Below, piece by piece: positions 41,456-51,681 of a stretch of DNA of 64,000 bases (the first letter of the stretch is position 1; each line of letters starts with the position of its first letter). The stretch is from NCBI GenBank assembly GCA_045538175.1, contig JAZSQZ010000101.1, positions 119 to 64,118 of the forward strand, in the 5' to 3' direction. Below the pieces are notes generated by a model, which had not been told where the DNA came from, made no database searches, and saw only the letters and a list, made by a program, of their open reading frames with translations. The stretch is from Clostridia bacterium (GTDB lineage Bacteria > Bacillota > Clostridia > Christensenellales > UBA1242). Made by a program: the position numbers and the translations under genes.

Positions 41456-41617
41456 AATATCCTTCCCGATAATAGTTTAACATAACCCCAATTTACTTTC
41501 AATATTAAACCATTTTTTTGTGCAAAAGGTCTATATATAATAAATATATATATTACATAAATTTTAAATCGTTAGGAGAAGAGTAAGTGTTATGTTATAC
41601 TAAAAACGGAGATAAGT

Positions 41618-41920
41618 ATGGTTAAAAAAATTAAAGAATTCAATTTAAAAAACAATCGAAAACTTGATATAAATTCAAGGTTTTTAGACATTGTTAGCGA
41701 AGTGGGAGAGTTAAGTAAAGAAGTCTTAAAAAAGACTAAATACGGAACTTGTGAGTTTGAAAAAACTGACGAGTTCATAGAAGAATTTGGCGATGTTTTA
41801 TACTCCTTAATTTCCTTTGGTTTGGAATGTGGGGTAGATGTTGAAAATTCGATTGATTTTGTTTTAAAAAAGTATCAATCAAGGATAGAAAACACAGGCA
41901 ATATGGCATCGAAAAACTAG
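41618..41920 (+). CDS. MazG-like pyrophosphohydrolase
   Basis: SEVGELSKEVLK, EEFGDVLY. Confidence 0.88.
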   Translation: MVKKIKEFNLKNNRKLDINSRFLDIVSEVGELSKEVLKKTKYGTCEFEKTDEFIEEFGDVLYSLISFGLECGVDVENSIDFVLKKYQSRIENTGNMASKN

Positions 41921-41983
41921 AAAATTTCAAAAAAATTTGCTAGTTTGTTTTACAAATTATTGTTTATAAGTTAACATAATATT

Positions 41984-42826
41984 ATGAATAAGATTGACAT
42001 AAAAGTAGAAAGGCTAAGCAAGGTTTCAAATATTCTTTTAGATTATGGTTTTTCTTACAACGCAGTCTGCAAAATGTTAAGGACAAAAGATGTAAGAATC
42101 GACAACAGCAAAATTTCAGTTGACCAAGATGTTTTTGCTGGACAAACAGTTACTTGTTTTTGTAAGGAACTTCCTGAAAACAAATTTACAGTTGTTTTTG
42201 AAGACGATAATGTTTTGATCCTTAACAAAAAAAGTGGAATCGAAGTTGTAGGCGATAATAGTTTAGAAACAAAAACCGGCGCAATTGCAGTGCACCGAAT
42301 TGACAGAAACACTGAAGGTCTTGTCATTATGGCAAAAAACAAAGAAGCAGAAGCTGATTTGTTGCAAGCCATAAAAAATAGAGATATTGTAAAAAAATAT
42401 TTGTGCGAAGTTGTAGGTTTTCCAAATTTTGATGGAAAAACTTATACAGCCTATCTTTTTAAAGATAGCAAAAATTCAGTTGTAAAAGTTTATCCTAAAA
42501 AGGAAGTTGGTGCTGTAGAAATTAAAACAAAGTTTAAGGTTTTGAAAAAAGGGACTGTTACATCTGTTGTTAGTTGCGAACTTATCACAGGCAAAACCCA
42601 TCAAATTAGGGCACACTTATCATATTTGGGTTATCCTATTTTGGGCGATATGAAATATGGCTCAGTCGAAAAAAACAAGAAGTTAAAAGAAAAAACACAA
42701 AAATTGCACTGTTTTTATCTTAAGATTATGGGACTTGATAAACTTGCATATCTTAACGGTAGAGAGATTATAAACTTGCCAGAATGGGCAAAAAATTTAA
42801 AAATCGAGGAAAAAAATGGAAATTAA
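41984..42826 (+). CDS. RluA family pseudouridine synthase
   Basis: HRIDRNTEG, TGKTHQIR, ILGDMKYG. Confidence 0.92.
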   Translation: MNKIDIKVERLSKVSNILLDYGFSYNAVCKMLRTKDVRIDNSKISVDQDVFAGQTVTCFCKELPENKFTVVFEDDNVLILNKKSGIEVVGDNSLETKTGAIAVHRIDRNTEGLVIMAKNKEAEADLLQAIKNRDIVKKYLCEVVGFPNFDGKTYTAYLFKDSKNSVVKVYPKKEVGAVEIKTKFKVLKKGTVTSVVSCELITGKTHQIRAHLSYLGYPILGDMKYGSVEKNKKLKEKTQKLHCFYLKIMGLDKLAYLNGREIINLPEWAKNLKIEEKNGN

Positions 42827-43469
42827 AAAAGAGCTTGTTGCATATGTTGAAGAAAATATTAAGCCTAGATATGCAGAGTTTGATACGATACACGACGTTG
42901 ACCACTTTTATTTTGTTGTAAACAATTGTATTGCATACACAAAAGAACTTTTTGATAATGGTATCGAACTTGATGTTGATATGGCATATACTATTGGTGC
43001 TTATCACGACCTAGGTTTAATTCATGGCGAAGATATGCACACAAAATACTCAGCAGATATCTTAAGGCAAGATAAGAAGTTAAGAGATTTCTTTACCGAA
43101 GCAGAGATTGAAACTATGGCTATCGCTATTGAAGACCACGCTTCACTTTTGGAAACAGAGCCAAGAAATATTTATGGAAAACTTATCGCTGATGCTGAGC
43201 GTAGCAACTCGATTAGAAATGTTTTTGAAAGACCTATAATGTTGAGTTTAGAAAACGACCCTGAAGATATGTCAAAAACAAAAAGAGTAAACAAAATTAT
43301 AAAGTTTGTTGAAGAAAAGTTTGGAAAAGACGGCTATGTTAATTTCTGGCTTGGAATTTCTGCAGTTGCAACCGAGCAAAGAAATCTTTGGGAACTTTTA
43401 GAAGATAAACAAAAATGTAGAGAATTCGTCAATAAACTCTATGATGACCTAAAATCTAAGCTTAACTAA
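42816..43469 (+). CDS. HD domain phosphohydrolase
   Basis: HDVDH, YHDLG, EDH, ADAER. Confidence 0.88.
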   Translation: MEIKKELVAYVEENIKPRYAEFDTIHDVDHFYFVVNNCIAYTKELFDNGIELDVDMAYTIGAYHDLGLIHGEDMHTKYSADILRQDKKLRDFFTEAEIETMAIAIEDHASLLETEPRNIYGKLIADAERSNSIRNVFERPIMLSLENDPEDMSKTKRVNKIIKFVEEKFGKDGYVNFWLGISAVATEQRNLWELLEDKQKCREFVNKLYDDLKSKLN

Positions 43470-43543
43470 TATTGAAAATTTAGAAATGATGTGTTAAAAT
43501 ACTCTCAAGAAAGTCGAGAGTATTTTTTATTTAGAAGGAAACT

Positions 43544-44560
43544 ATGGTAAATAGAGCAACATTTTTAAACGAGCACAACTTTAAATTTTCAAAAACTAAG
43601 GGTGGTATCACTCCTGGGGCTTTTGGTTGCTATACCGATAGTTTTGGGAATTCATATAATGTTGTTTTAAAACTTTCAACCCCAAATCTTAATGGAGCAA
43701 AACAACATACTGTTGAGTGCTTTGCAAGTGAAGTTTTGTTAAGGCTGGGGCAAAGGACTTTGCCTATTGTTAAAGTTTCTGTAAGCGAAGGGTTAAGGGA
43801 TTATATAAGTCAATGTGGATTTGATAAAGAGTGGTACGGAAAGGAAGTTTTAAGTGATGGCACAATTAAAATAGATTTCAACACCCCTAACACTCAAAAG
43901 ATTGAAACAATGTACGAAATAGGAAAAAATGCAGGTGTCGAACCTGTAAGACTTAGGACAATTGACGGTTGTGTTGACGCCATAAAAAAGATATATGGGA
44001 AAGACTCCCCACTTGTTAACGGGTTTTTGCAACAACAGTTGTCAAAAATTTTTATAAACAACAATGACTACAATATCGATGATATGTTTTCTGTTGTTAC
44101 ATACAATGACGGTAGCGTTGCACCGCTTCCTATATATGATTTGGGCTCATCAATTGTAATCGGTGCTTTTTCAAAACAAGCACTAAACAAGTTTGGTGTT
44201 GACGGAAATACTTTATCTCACGACCTAAGTTTTGGTGAAATCAGGACGCTAAATTCTACACTTTACAATCAAGGCACAGCGATGGGCACAACAATGTTTA
44301 CGGATAATTGGTGGAATGATGTTTCTCAAAAACAACTTGTTGAATATATTTGTAAAACTTATCCGGATTCTGCAAAGGAATTTTATGCACATTTAACAAC
44401 TTTTGACGAAGAAGATATTTTTTACATTTGCGACACAATGCAGTCAAACGGAATTGTAGACGAAACCGAAAAAACCTTTCTTACAGATTTTATGTGGGCA
44501 AGGCAAGAAGAAATGATGACAACAATGCAATTAAGTTTGTTTCAAGATGTTGCCCAATAG
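43544..44560 (+). CDS. HipA/CtkA-like kinase (divergent)
   Basis: TPGAFG Gly loop, VLK, ECFASE, NNNDYNIDD catalytic loop, PIYDLGSS. Confidence 0.6.
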   Translation: MVNRATFLNEHNFKFSKTKGGITPGAFGCYTDSFGNSYNVVLKLSTPNLNGAKQHTVECFASEVLLRLGQRTLPIVKVSVSEGLRDYISQCGFDKEWYGKEVLSDGTIKIDFNTPNTQKIETMYEIGKNAGVEPVRLRTIDGCVDAIKKIYGKDSPLVNGFLQQQLSKIFINNNDYNIDDMFSVVTYNDGSVAPLPIYDLGSSIVIGAFSKQALNKFGVDGNTLSHDLSFGEIRTLNSTLYNQGTAMGTTMFTDNWWNDVSQKQLVEYICKTYPDSAKEFYAHLTTFDEEDIFYICDTMQSNGIVDETEKTFLTDFMWARQEEMMTTMQLSLFQDVAQ

Positions 44561-44626
44561 TTTTTGTCACACAATATTGAAAAAAACAGATATAACCTTC
44601 TATAATTTTTTAGGAGGTTATTTTTT

Positions 44627-45118
44627 ATGGACTTTAAAAAGTTGCAAACAAACATCAAAGACAACAAAAGGCAAGTCATGGAGCAAGTTGGTTACTTTGA
44701 TGAAAAGATTTCAGGTATTGAGTCAAACATCGATAAATTAAATGCCGATGTTGAAAGTTTAAACACAAATATTGATACTTTAAATTCTAATATAGTAGAA
44801 AAAATAAACTATATTTCGTTGTTGCCAATAAACTCAAGGGTTGATATAGGTATTACTTTAAGTACTCCTACAAACACAGACTTTATAGCCCCCTTTAATG
44901 GCTATTGTTTTGTTTCTATTCAAAATGGAACGGTAGAAGGAAGTTATACTCTTGCTAATCAAAGTGCAGGCGAACTTGCAATTGGCATAAATGTTCCTAC
45001 CTGGAAAAATTTTCTAATTTATGTCCCTTGCAAAAAAGGAGACACCATTAGGTATAGAAGGACAGTAGACCCGGCGAATATTTGGCTTGCAAAATTTATA
45101 AAGGCAGGGAGTGTATAA
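44627..45118 (+). CDS. Short phage tail-fibre-like protein (coiled coil + beta tip)
   Basis: Heptads IESNIDKLNADVESLNTNIDTLNSNI; FIAPFNGY...VPCKKGD tip-like pattern; SD AGGAGG. Confidence 0.5.
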   Translation: MDFKKLQTNIKDNKRQVMEQVGYFDEKISGIESNIDKLNADVESLNTNIDTLNSNIVEKINYISLLPINSRVDIGITLSTPTNTDFIAPFNGYCFVSIQNGTVEGSYTLANQSAGELAIGINVPTWKNFLIYVPCKKGDTIRYRRTVDPANIWLAKFIKAGSV

Positions 45119-45120
45119 TA

Positions 45121-45477
45121 ATGTATTTTAGGTTAAACGAATTAAAACAAATTATTGATTGTAGCGAAGAAAGATATGCAGATGACTGCCTATTTACAAC
45201 GGACAAGATAGATAGGGGTTTTGATGGGGCACTTATGTTTGTAAGTGATATGCAAACTGAAGAGTATAAAAAAAGAAAGCAAGAAAAAGAGCAAAAAGAC
45301 AAGGTGGAAAAATTAAGATTTGATAGAGAAAACGAGTGTTTTGCAATTATCAACCGTGGACAACTTTGGTACGAAACTTTAACATTAGAGCAAAAAGAAG
45401 AATTAAAACTTTGGTATAAGTCTTGGCTTGATGTCACAAAAACTTTCAAAAAACCTACAAAACCAAACTTTGTATAA
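45121..45477 (+). CDS. Phage tail-fibre assembly chaperone-like protein
   Basis: LRFDRENE...WYETLTLEQKEELKLWYKSWLDVT...PTKP pattern; SD GGGAG. Confidence 0.55.
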   Translation: MYFRLNELKQIIDCSEERYADDCLFTTDKIDRGFDGALMFVSDMQTEEYKKRKQEKEQKDKVEKLRFDRENECFAIINRGQLWYETLTLEQKEELKLWYKSWLDVTKTFKKPTKPNFV

Positions 45478-45512
45478 GTGGCAAAACAAACAAAAACTGA
45501 ATAAGTTATTAT

Positions 45513-46574
45513 ATGAAAATTTCAGTTTGTATGATTGTAAAAAATGAAGAAGAAGTTTTAGATAGATGCCTAAAATGTGTAAAACAATTTGCCGACGAAA
45601 TTGTTATAGTTGACACGGGCTCTTGCGATAAAACAAAAGAAATTGCAAAAAAATATACCGACAAAATCTATGATTTTTTGTGGTGCGATGACTTTTCAAA
45701 AGCACGCAATTTTTCTTTTAAATTTGCAAGTTGTGATTATATTTTGTGGCTTGACGCAGACGATTATATAACACCCAAAAACATCAAAAAAATAAACGCC
45801 CTAAAGCGTGAAAATACAAATACTGATGTTTATATGTTAAGGTACGAAATGTGTTTTAACACTAAAAATAAGCCTAATTTTACCTATTTTAGAGAAAGAA
45901 TTGTCAAAAACAACGGCAAATTTTTGTGGTCAGGGTTTATCCACGAAGCGATAACACCTTGTGGAAAAATAGAGTATTTAGACATATCTATAAGGCATAA
46001 AAGGAAAGAAAAAACAGATAAAAAAAGGAACTTAAAAATATATCTAAAACAAATAAAAAATGGTGCAGTGTTGAGTGCTCGTGATAGATTTTATTTTGCA
46101 AGAGAATATTTTTATAACGGCAAATATCTTAAGTCAAAACAAGAGTTTAAAAAGTTTTTGTTGTGCAAAAATAAATTTCTTCCAAATGAGATAGACGCAA
46201 ATTTGTATGTTGCAAAATGTTATATGTTTTTAGGAAAATTAGACAAAGCAAAATGGCATCTTTTATCTGTGTTAAACACACTTAATTTGGGTGCAGAAGG
46301 TTGCTGTTTGCTTGGAGAAATCTTTATAAAGCAAAACAAATTTAGTCTTGCAATTTTTTGGTTTAGGGCTGCCTTAAATCAAGTTATTGACGAAAGAAAT
46401 GGTGGATTTGTGGATAAGTCATTTTTTACAATTATACCTTCCTTACAACTTACATATGTTTATTATCTTTTGGGCGATATGAAAAGAGCAAAACATTATC
46501 ATAAAATCGCAAAAAGGTTTGAGCCTAAAAATCCGTCAGTATTGCACAATGATAAGTTTTTTAACACAAAATAA
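45513..46574 (+). CDS. GT2 glycosyltransferase with TPR repeats
   Basis: ISVCMIVKNEE, VDTGS, DFSKARN, WLDADD, IHE, C-terminal TPR-like helices. Confidence 0.9.
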   Translation: MKISVCMIVKNEEEVLDRCLKCVKQFADEIVIVDTGSCDKTKEIAKKYTDKIYDFLWCDDFSKARNFSFKFASCDYILWLDADDYITPKNIKKINALKRENTNTDVYMLRYEMCFNTKNKPNFTYFRERIVKNNGKFLWSGFIHEAITPCGKIEYLDISIRHKRKEKTDKKRNLKIYLKQIKNGAVLSARDRFYFAREYFYNGKYLKSKQEFKKFLLCKNKFLPNEIDANLYVAKCYMFLGKLDKAKWHLLSVLNTLNLGAEGCCLLGEIFIKQNKFSLAIFWFRAALNQVIDERNGGFVDKSFFTIIPSLQLTYVYYLLGDMKRAKHYHKIAKRFEPKNPSVLHNDKFFNTK

Positions 46575-46621
46575 TTTGCTAAAATATTTATATATGTTAA
46601 AATATCACAAGGTAAAATGAT

Positions 46622-47785
46622 ATGAAACTTATTAAGAAATTATTTATTAAAAATTACAAAAACACTGATGATAAAGAAGTTAGGTTTAGATACGGCACAG
46701 TTGCAAGTGTGTTTGGGATTGTTTTTAACCTAATTTTGTTTGCAGGGAAAATTCTAGCAGGTATCCTATCTTCAAGTATCACAATTATATCTGACGCTAT
46801 CAACAACTTAACAGATGGTGGCTCGTCTATTATAAGTTTGATTGGTTTTAAGTTATCAGGAAAACCTGCTGATAAAGATCACCCTTTTGGTCACGCTAGA
46901 TACGAATATATCACAGGGCTTATTGTGTCAATGCTTATTTTGGCAATCGGTTTTGTTTTGTGTAAGGAATCTATCACAAAAATTATAACCCCTGAGCCTG
47001 TTACAGTCGGGGCATATGTTTACATCATCTTAAGTGCAGGTATCTTGGCAAAGTTGTTTTTGATGTGTCTTAATTATAATTTTGCAAAAGCAATTGATTC
47101 GGACACCCTAAAGGCAACTGCAATAGATAGTAGAAACGATATTATTGCAACAAGTGCTGCTCTTATTGCAACCATAATTATGGGTGTATGGGGCATAAAT
47201 GTTGACGCTTACTTTGGTCTTGCAGTCGCAGTATTTATTTTGATTTCAGGCATAAAATTGTTTAGAGAAATCGTAAGTCCTTTGCTTGGCGAACCACCAC
47301 AAAAAGAATTTGTAAAAAAAGTTAAAGACAAGATTTTAAGTTACGAAAATGTTTTGGGACTTCACGAACTTATACTTCACTCATATGGCGAAAACAACTA
47401 TTATGGTTCAGTTCACGTAGAAGTTTCTTGCGAACTTAATCCTATGGTATCTCACGACCTTGCAGACAATATCGAAAAAGATGTTTGGGACGAATTTGGT
47501 CTTAGGTTTGTCGTACATACCGACCCAATCCAAGTTAACGATAAAAAGGTTGTTGATTTTCGTGCAAGGGTGGAAAAGGACATAAAAGAAATCGATGAAA
47601 GTTTAACAATTCACGATTTTAGAATTGTCGAAGGCAAAAAGCACACAAACCTTGTTTTTGATGTAGCCGTGCCATTTGATGTAGACGTAAATCACGATAA
47701 AGTTATGAAGTTTTTTGACACAAGATATGACACAAAAGATATGAAGTATTATTTTGTTGTTACAATTGATAGAGTTATTGATTAA
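46622..47785 (+). CDS. Cation diffusion facilitator transporter
   Basis: SDAINNLTD, HPFGHARYEY, DSRND, HTDP. Confidence 0.93.
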   Translation: MKLIKKLFIKNYKNTDDKEVRFRYGTVASVFGIVFNLILFAGKILAGILSSSITIISDAINNLTDGGSSIISLIGFKLSGKPADKDHPFGHARYEYITGLIVSMLILAIGFVLCKESITKIITPEPVTVGAYVYIILSAGILAKLFLMCLNYNFAKAIDSDTLKATAIDSRNDIIATSAALIATIIMGVWGINVDAYFGLAVAVFILISGIKLFREIVSPLLGEPPQKEFVKKVKDKILSYENVLGLHELILHSYGENNYYGSVHVEVSCELNPMVSHDLADNIEKDVWDEFGLRFVVHTDPIQVNDKKVVDFRARVEKDIKEIDESLTIHDFRIVEGKKHTNLVFDVAVPFDVDVNHDKVMKFFDTRYDTKDMKYYFVVTIDRVID

Positions 47786-47810
47786 AAAAAACAGCCGGTT
47801 GGCTGTTTTT

Positions 47811-49217
47811 TTATAGACAAGAATATAAAAATTTTACAAAAGCTCTTGTTGATGCTTCAAACTGATAAGAGTAGCTTGAAATAGGTACATTGTTTTGATT
47901 TAACCAAATTGTTATATAGGTGTTTTTTTCTAGTCTTGAAATAAGATAGTCTTCAGCTGACTCAACAGAACCTTGTGGCAATCCTATAAGAGAAATAAAT
48001 CTTCTTGTTGCAAACACAGAATCGTGGTTTGAGTAGAAGTAATTTTTGACTGCGTCGCAAAGTTTTAAAGAACTGTCTGTTTTAAAGTCTGTAACAATGT
48101 TGATTGCTGCAATATTTGCGTCGTAGTCTTCCATGCTAAAACCGGAACTGTCGCTTCCAAATTTTTCTTGTGCTGCAGCTTCAATTTTGCTAGAATCACC
48201 ATCAACATCTTTTATGTCAACGGTAAGTTGGCCGATATCTCCACCAAAACCACCAAGGTCGGTTTCAGCTCCGTTTATTCCGCATTTTTCTCCAAACGAA
48301 ATTACAGCCATCAGGTGCATAAAGTCAATTTCTTTTGCTGTATATGGTTCGGTTAGGGTTGTGATTGTTTTTAGTGACATAAGGTCGTCTTCGCCTTGAT
48401 TTTGTTCAACATAATCAATAAATGATTGATTTATGCTTCCTAAAATCATATTCCAAGTTCTTGTGCAATAACTAGATTTTCCACTTCTAATAAAGTTTAG
48501 AGCAAGATATTTTGGTGTATAATTTAATTCGTTTTGAGTTATATAAGTTTGGGCAAGGGTTTCAAGTTTTTCAAGTTTATCCATAGTTTGGTCAAAAGTT
48601 GCTTTGCCTTCGCCTTTGGTTTTGCCTTTTGAAAAGTTAGGGTAAGGAAGTTTTCTTGCGTCAAAAACATTGTAGGTTATTTTATAGTCTTTATGGATAA
48701 TTTCGCTTATGTTGTTGTTTTTGATTGTAAAAGTGTGTTCGCCAAGGGTTAGGGTATAATCGCCTTCGCCTTTGTCTTTTTTAAGTTCGCCAAGTTTTAA
48801 TTCTGCTTCACTGTAGTTAAAAGCTTCAGGCTCAAGGAGATAAAATTTGTTGCTTGCTTCATCTTTAAATTGTGTTACATTTTGTCCAAGCAAGTATGAA
48901 ACTGTGCCGTCAACATCTTTACAGCCCATTGTTATAATGCTTTTTTCGTCTAGCCAATATTGTTTTTGAATTTCGCCGTCAACTTTGTAGTAATAATAGT
49001 AGTAGTTGATTTCCCAAAGAGAATCAAAAGAACAACTTTCTTCAATTTCTTTTTCGTTTTCGGTGTAGGTAAGTGTACAGACATAACTTGTTTGCTCGTT
49101 TAATCGCCTAAAAGCCTTAAGGCCAACATTTTCAGGGGTGTCTTTACTATCCCCAAAACACCCTACAAAAAATACAGGAACAAAAAGTAATAATACTAAA
49201 AACCATAATTTTTTCAT
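47811..49217 (-). CDS. Putative lipoprotein
   Basis: MKKLWFLVLLLFVPVFFVGC lipobox-like signal; C-terminal DFMHLMA...DLGGFGGD domain. Confidence 0.7.
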   Translation of the reverse strand: MKKLWFLVLLLFVPVFFVGCFGDSKDTPENVGLKAFRRLNEQTSYVCTLTYTENEKEIEESCSFDSLWEINYYYYYYKVDGEIQKQYWLDEKSIITMGCKDVDGTVSYLLGQNVTQFKDEASNKFYLLEPEAFNYSEAELKLGELKKDKGEGDYTLTLGEHTFTIKNNNISEIIHKDYKITYNVFDARKLPYPNFSKGKTKGEGKATFDQTMDKLEKLETLAQTYITQNELNYTPKYLALNFIRSGKSSYCTRTWNMILGSINQSFIDYVEQNQGEDDLMSLKTITTLTEPYTAKEIDFMHLMAVISFGEKCGINGAETDLGGFGGDIGQLTVDIKDVDGDSSKIEAAAQEKFGSDSSGFSMEDYDANIAAINIVTDFKTDSSLKLCDAVKNYFYSNHDSVFATRRFISLIGLPQGSVESAEDYLISRLEKNTYITIWLNQNNVPISSYSYQFEASTRAFVKFLYSCL

Positions 49218-49287
49218 ATAGATAGTATAATCCAAAACCTTTTAAAAGCAAAATAAAAAAACCTTCTTATTTAGAAGGTTTTTATTA

Positions 49288-51450
49288 TTATTTTCCAACT
49301 TTTTTGATTGATAGACCAATTCTCTTTTTGTCAAGGTCAACTGAAATAACTTTAACTGTAAGGATTTGACCGACACTCAATTCTTCACTTGGGTGTTTGA
49401 TATATCTATCACAAATTTCAGAAATATGTACAAGTCCGTCTTGGTGGACACCGATGTCAACAAAAGCACCAAAGTCGATAACGTTTCTTACAGTGCCTGT
49501 AAGTTCCATACCGATTGTTAAGTCTTCCATACTCATAACATCTGTTCTAAGTTGTGGGGCAGGAAGTTCGTCACGGATATCTCTACCAGGTTTAAGCAAC
49601 TCTTTTACAATATCGTTAAGTGTTGGTACGCCAACGCCACAAGCTTCAGCAACAGAAATTTCGCCCTTTTCGCCGATAAGACGTGGAAGTTCTTTTAGTT
49701 TTTCTTCTTTAATGTCTTCTTCTTTTAAGTTGAAAAGTTTTAAAAGTTTTTTAACTGCGTCATAACTTTCTGGGTGAACGCCTGTGTTATCTAAGATATT
49801 ATCTTCATTTGGAATTCTTAAGAAACCTGCACATTGTACATATGCTTTTTCTCCAAGTTTTGGAACTTTTAGAAGTTGAACCCTATCAGTAAATTTGCCG
49901 TTCTTTTCTCTGTATTCAACAATCTTTTTTGCTACACCTGCGTTAAGACCTGAAACGTGTTCTAAAAGTTTGTATGAAGCAGTGTTAAGGTCAACACCGA
50001 CAGAGTTAACGCAATCTTCAACAACGCCGTCTAAAACTTCGCCAAGGCGTTTTTGTGGCATATCGTGTTGATATTGTCCAACACCGATAGATTTTACGTC
50101 AATTTTGATAAGTTCTGCAAGTGGGTCTTGAAGACGTCTAGCGATTGAAACAGCACTTCTTTGTGTAACGTCAAAATCAGGGAATTCTTCAGCGCCTAGT
50201 TTTGATGCGCTATAAACTGAAGCACCTGCTTCGCTTACAACCATATAAGAAACTTTTTCTGGAACTTTCTTGATTAAGTTGCTAACAAAAATTTCACTTT
50301 CTTTACTTGCTGTACCATTTCCAATAGAAATAGCATCAACATTGTATTTTTTGATAAGTTCAGCGATTTTTTGTTCTGATTTTTCAATGTCGTTGTGTGG
50401 TGGAGTAGGATAAATAACAGTTGTATCGATAACTTTACCGTTTTTGTCGATAACTGCAATTTTACAACCTGTCCTATATGCTGGGTCAAGACCTAAAATT
50501 GTCTTTTCCTTAAGTGGTGGTTGCATAAGTAAAGGTTTTAAGTTTACTTCGAACATTTTGATTGCTTGTTCGTTTGCAATATCTGTTAGGGCGTTTCTAA
50601 GTTCACGCTCTAAAGATGGTTGCAAAAGTCTATCAAAACTGTCTGCAATAACATTTTGTAAATATTCAAGGTTTGGACAATCTTTTTTGATAAAGTGTTC
50701 TGCAATTCTCTCAAGACAACTATCCCTATTTGTTTCAACAACAACTTTTAGGCAGTCTTCTTTTTCGCCACGGTTGATTGCAAGAATTCTGTGGCTTGGA
50801 ATTTTTTGTGCAGGTTCTTTGTAGTTTTCATACATAGAATAAGTTGGTGCAAGTTCAGGATTTGCGTCCTTTTTGATAGATGTAACAATAATGCCTGTGT
50901 TTTGGAAAAATTCTCTTAAAATCTTTCTCATATCTGCGTCATCAGAAATCATTTCGGCAATAATGTCGCCTGCGCCAGCAAGGGCAGTTTCAACATCAGG
51001 AACTTTCTTTTCTTCGTTAACAAAAGGAAGTGCAAGTTCTTCAAGTGGTGTTTTGTCTTTTTGTTCAAAGATAACTTCTGCAAGTGGTTTTAATCCTTTT
51101 GCTTCAGCAATTGTTGCTTTTGTTTGTCTTTTTGGTCTAAATGGACGATATATATCTTCAAGTTCGGTCATTGTGTTAGCTTTTTCTAAGCTTTCCATAA
51201 TTTCCGGTGTCATCTTTTCTTGTTCGGTTATAAGTTTGATGATGTCATTTTTTCTTTCTTCAAAGTTTCTAAGATAGGTTAGTCTGTCAGAAAAATCTCT
51301 TAAAACTTGGTCGTCGCAACTACCGGTCATTTCTTTACGGTATCTTGCAATAAATGGAATTGTACAACCTTCATCTAAAAGGCCGATGATGTTTCCTGCG
51401 TGGGTTTCAGTGATGTTAAATTCAGCACTTAAAATTTTAATAAAATCCAT
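49288..51450 (-). CDS. tex: Tex family RNA-binding transcription accessory protein
   Basis: TIPFIARYRKE, GLDPAYRTGCK, IGNGTAS, SIGVGQYQHD, C-terminal S1 domain. Confidence 0.96.
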   Translation of the reverse strand: MDFIKILSAEFNITETHAGNIIGLLDEGCTIPFIARYRKEMTGSCDDQVLRDFSDRLTYLRNFEERKNDIIKLITEQEKMTPEIMESLEKANTMTELEDIYRPFRPKRQTKATIAEAKGLKPLAEVIFEQKDKTPLEELALPFVNEEKKVPDVETALAGAGDIIAEMISDDADMRKILREFFQNTGIIVTSIKKDANPELAPTYSMYENYKEPAQKIPSHRILAINRGEKEDCLKVVVETNRDSCLERIAEHFIKKDCPNLEYLQNVIADSFDRLLQPSLERELRNALTDIANEQAIKMFEVNLKPLLMQPPLKEKTILGLDPAYRTGCKIAVIDKNGKVIDTTVIYPTPPHNDIEKSEQKIAELIKKYNVDAISIGNGTASKESEIFVSNLIKKVPEKVSYMVVSEAGASVYSASKLGAEEFPDFDVTQRSAVSIARRLQDPLAELIKIDVKSIGVGQYQHDMPQKRLGEVLDGVVEDCVNSVGVDLNTASYKLLEHVSGLNAGVAKKIVEYREKNGKFTDRVQLLKVPKLGEKAYVQCAGFLRIPNEDNILDNTGVHPESYDAVKKLLKLFNLKEEDIKEEKLKELPRLIGEKGEISVAEACGVGVPTLNDIVKELLKPGRDIRDELPAPQLRTDVMSMEDLTIGMELTGTVRNVIDFGAFVDIGVHQDGLVHISEICDRYIKHPSEELSVGQILTVKVISVDLDKKRIGLSIKKVGK

Positions 51451-51534
51451 AATGTCTCCTTTAAATTGCTTTTTTTATACTAACACCAAAATTTGACTTT
51501 GGCAAACAAATTGACCTAAAAAGTGGGTTTTAAA

Positions 51535-51681
51535 AACAAAAAACCACTAGCATAAAACTAGTGGTTTGATGGAAACTATCCGGGTTTTTGAAACCCATAA
51601 TATTATTTATTATACACTCTAGGATTTTCCATCTGGTTGCCACATATTGCGCAACTCTCTTGTTCAAGAACTACGAGTGCT
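51535..51681 (-). ncRNA. Candidate structured small RNA A
   Basis: TTGACA(51715-51710)-17-TATAAT(51692-51687); several hairpins; terminator AAACCACTAG / CTAGTGGTTT + T run; no ORF longer than ~10 codons noticed. Confidence 0.55.

Noticed and set aside
43497-43530. Terminator between the promoter and start of the HipA-like gene as an attenuator
   Set aside because: The 5' arm overlaps the predicted TSS, so it is better explained as the terminator of the upstream rluA-HD operon
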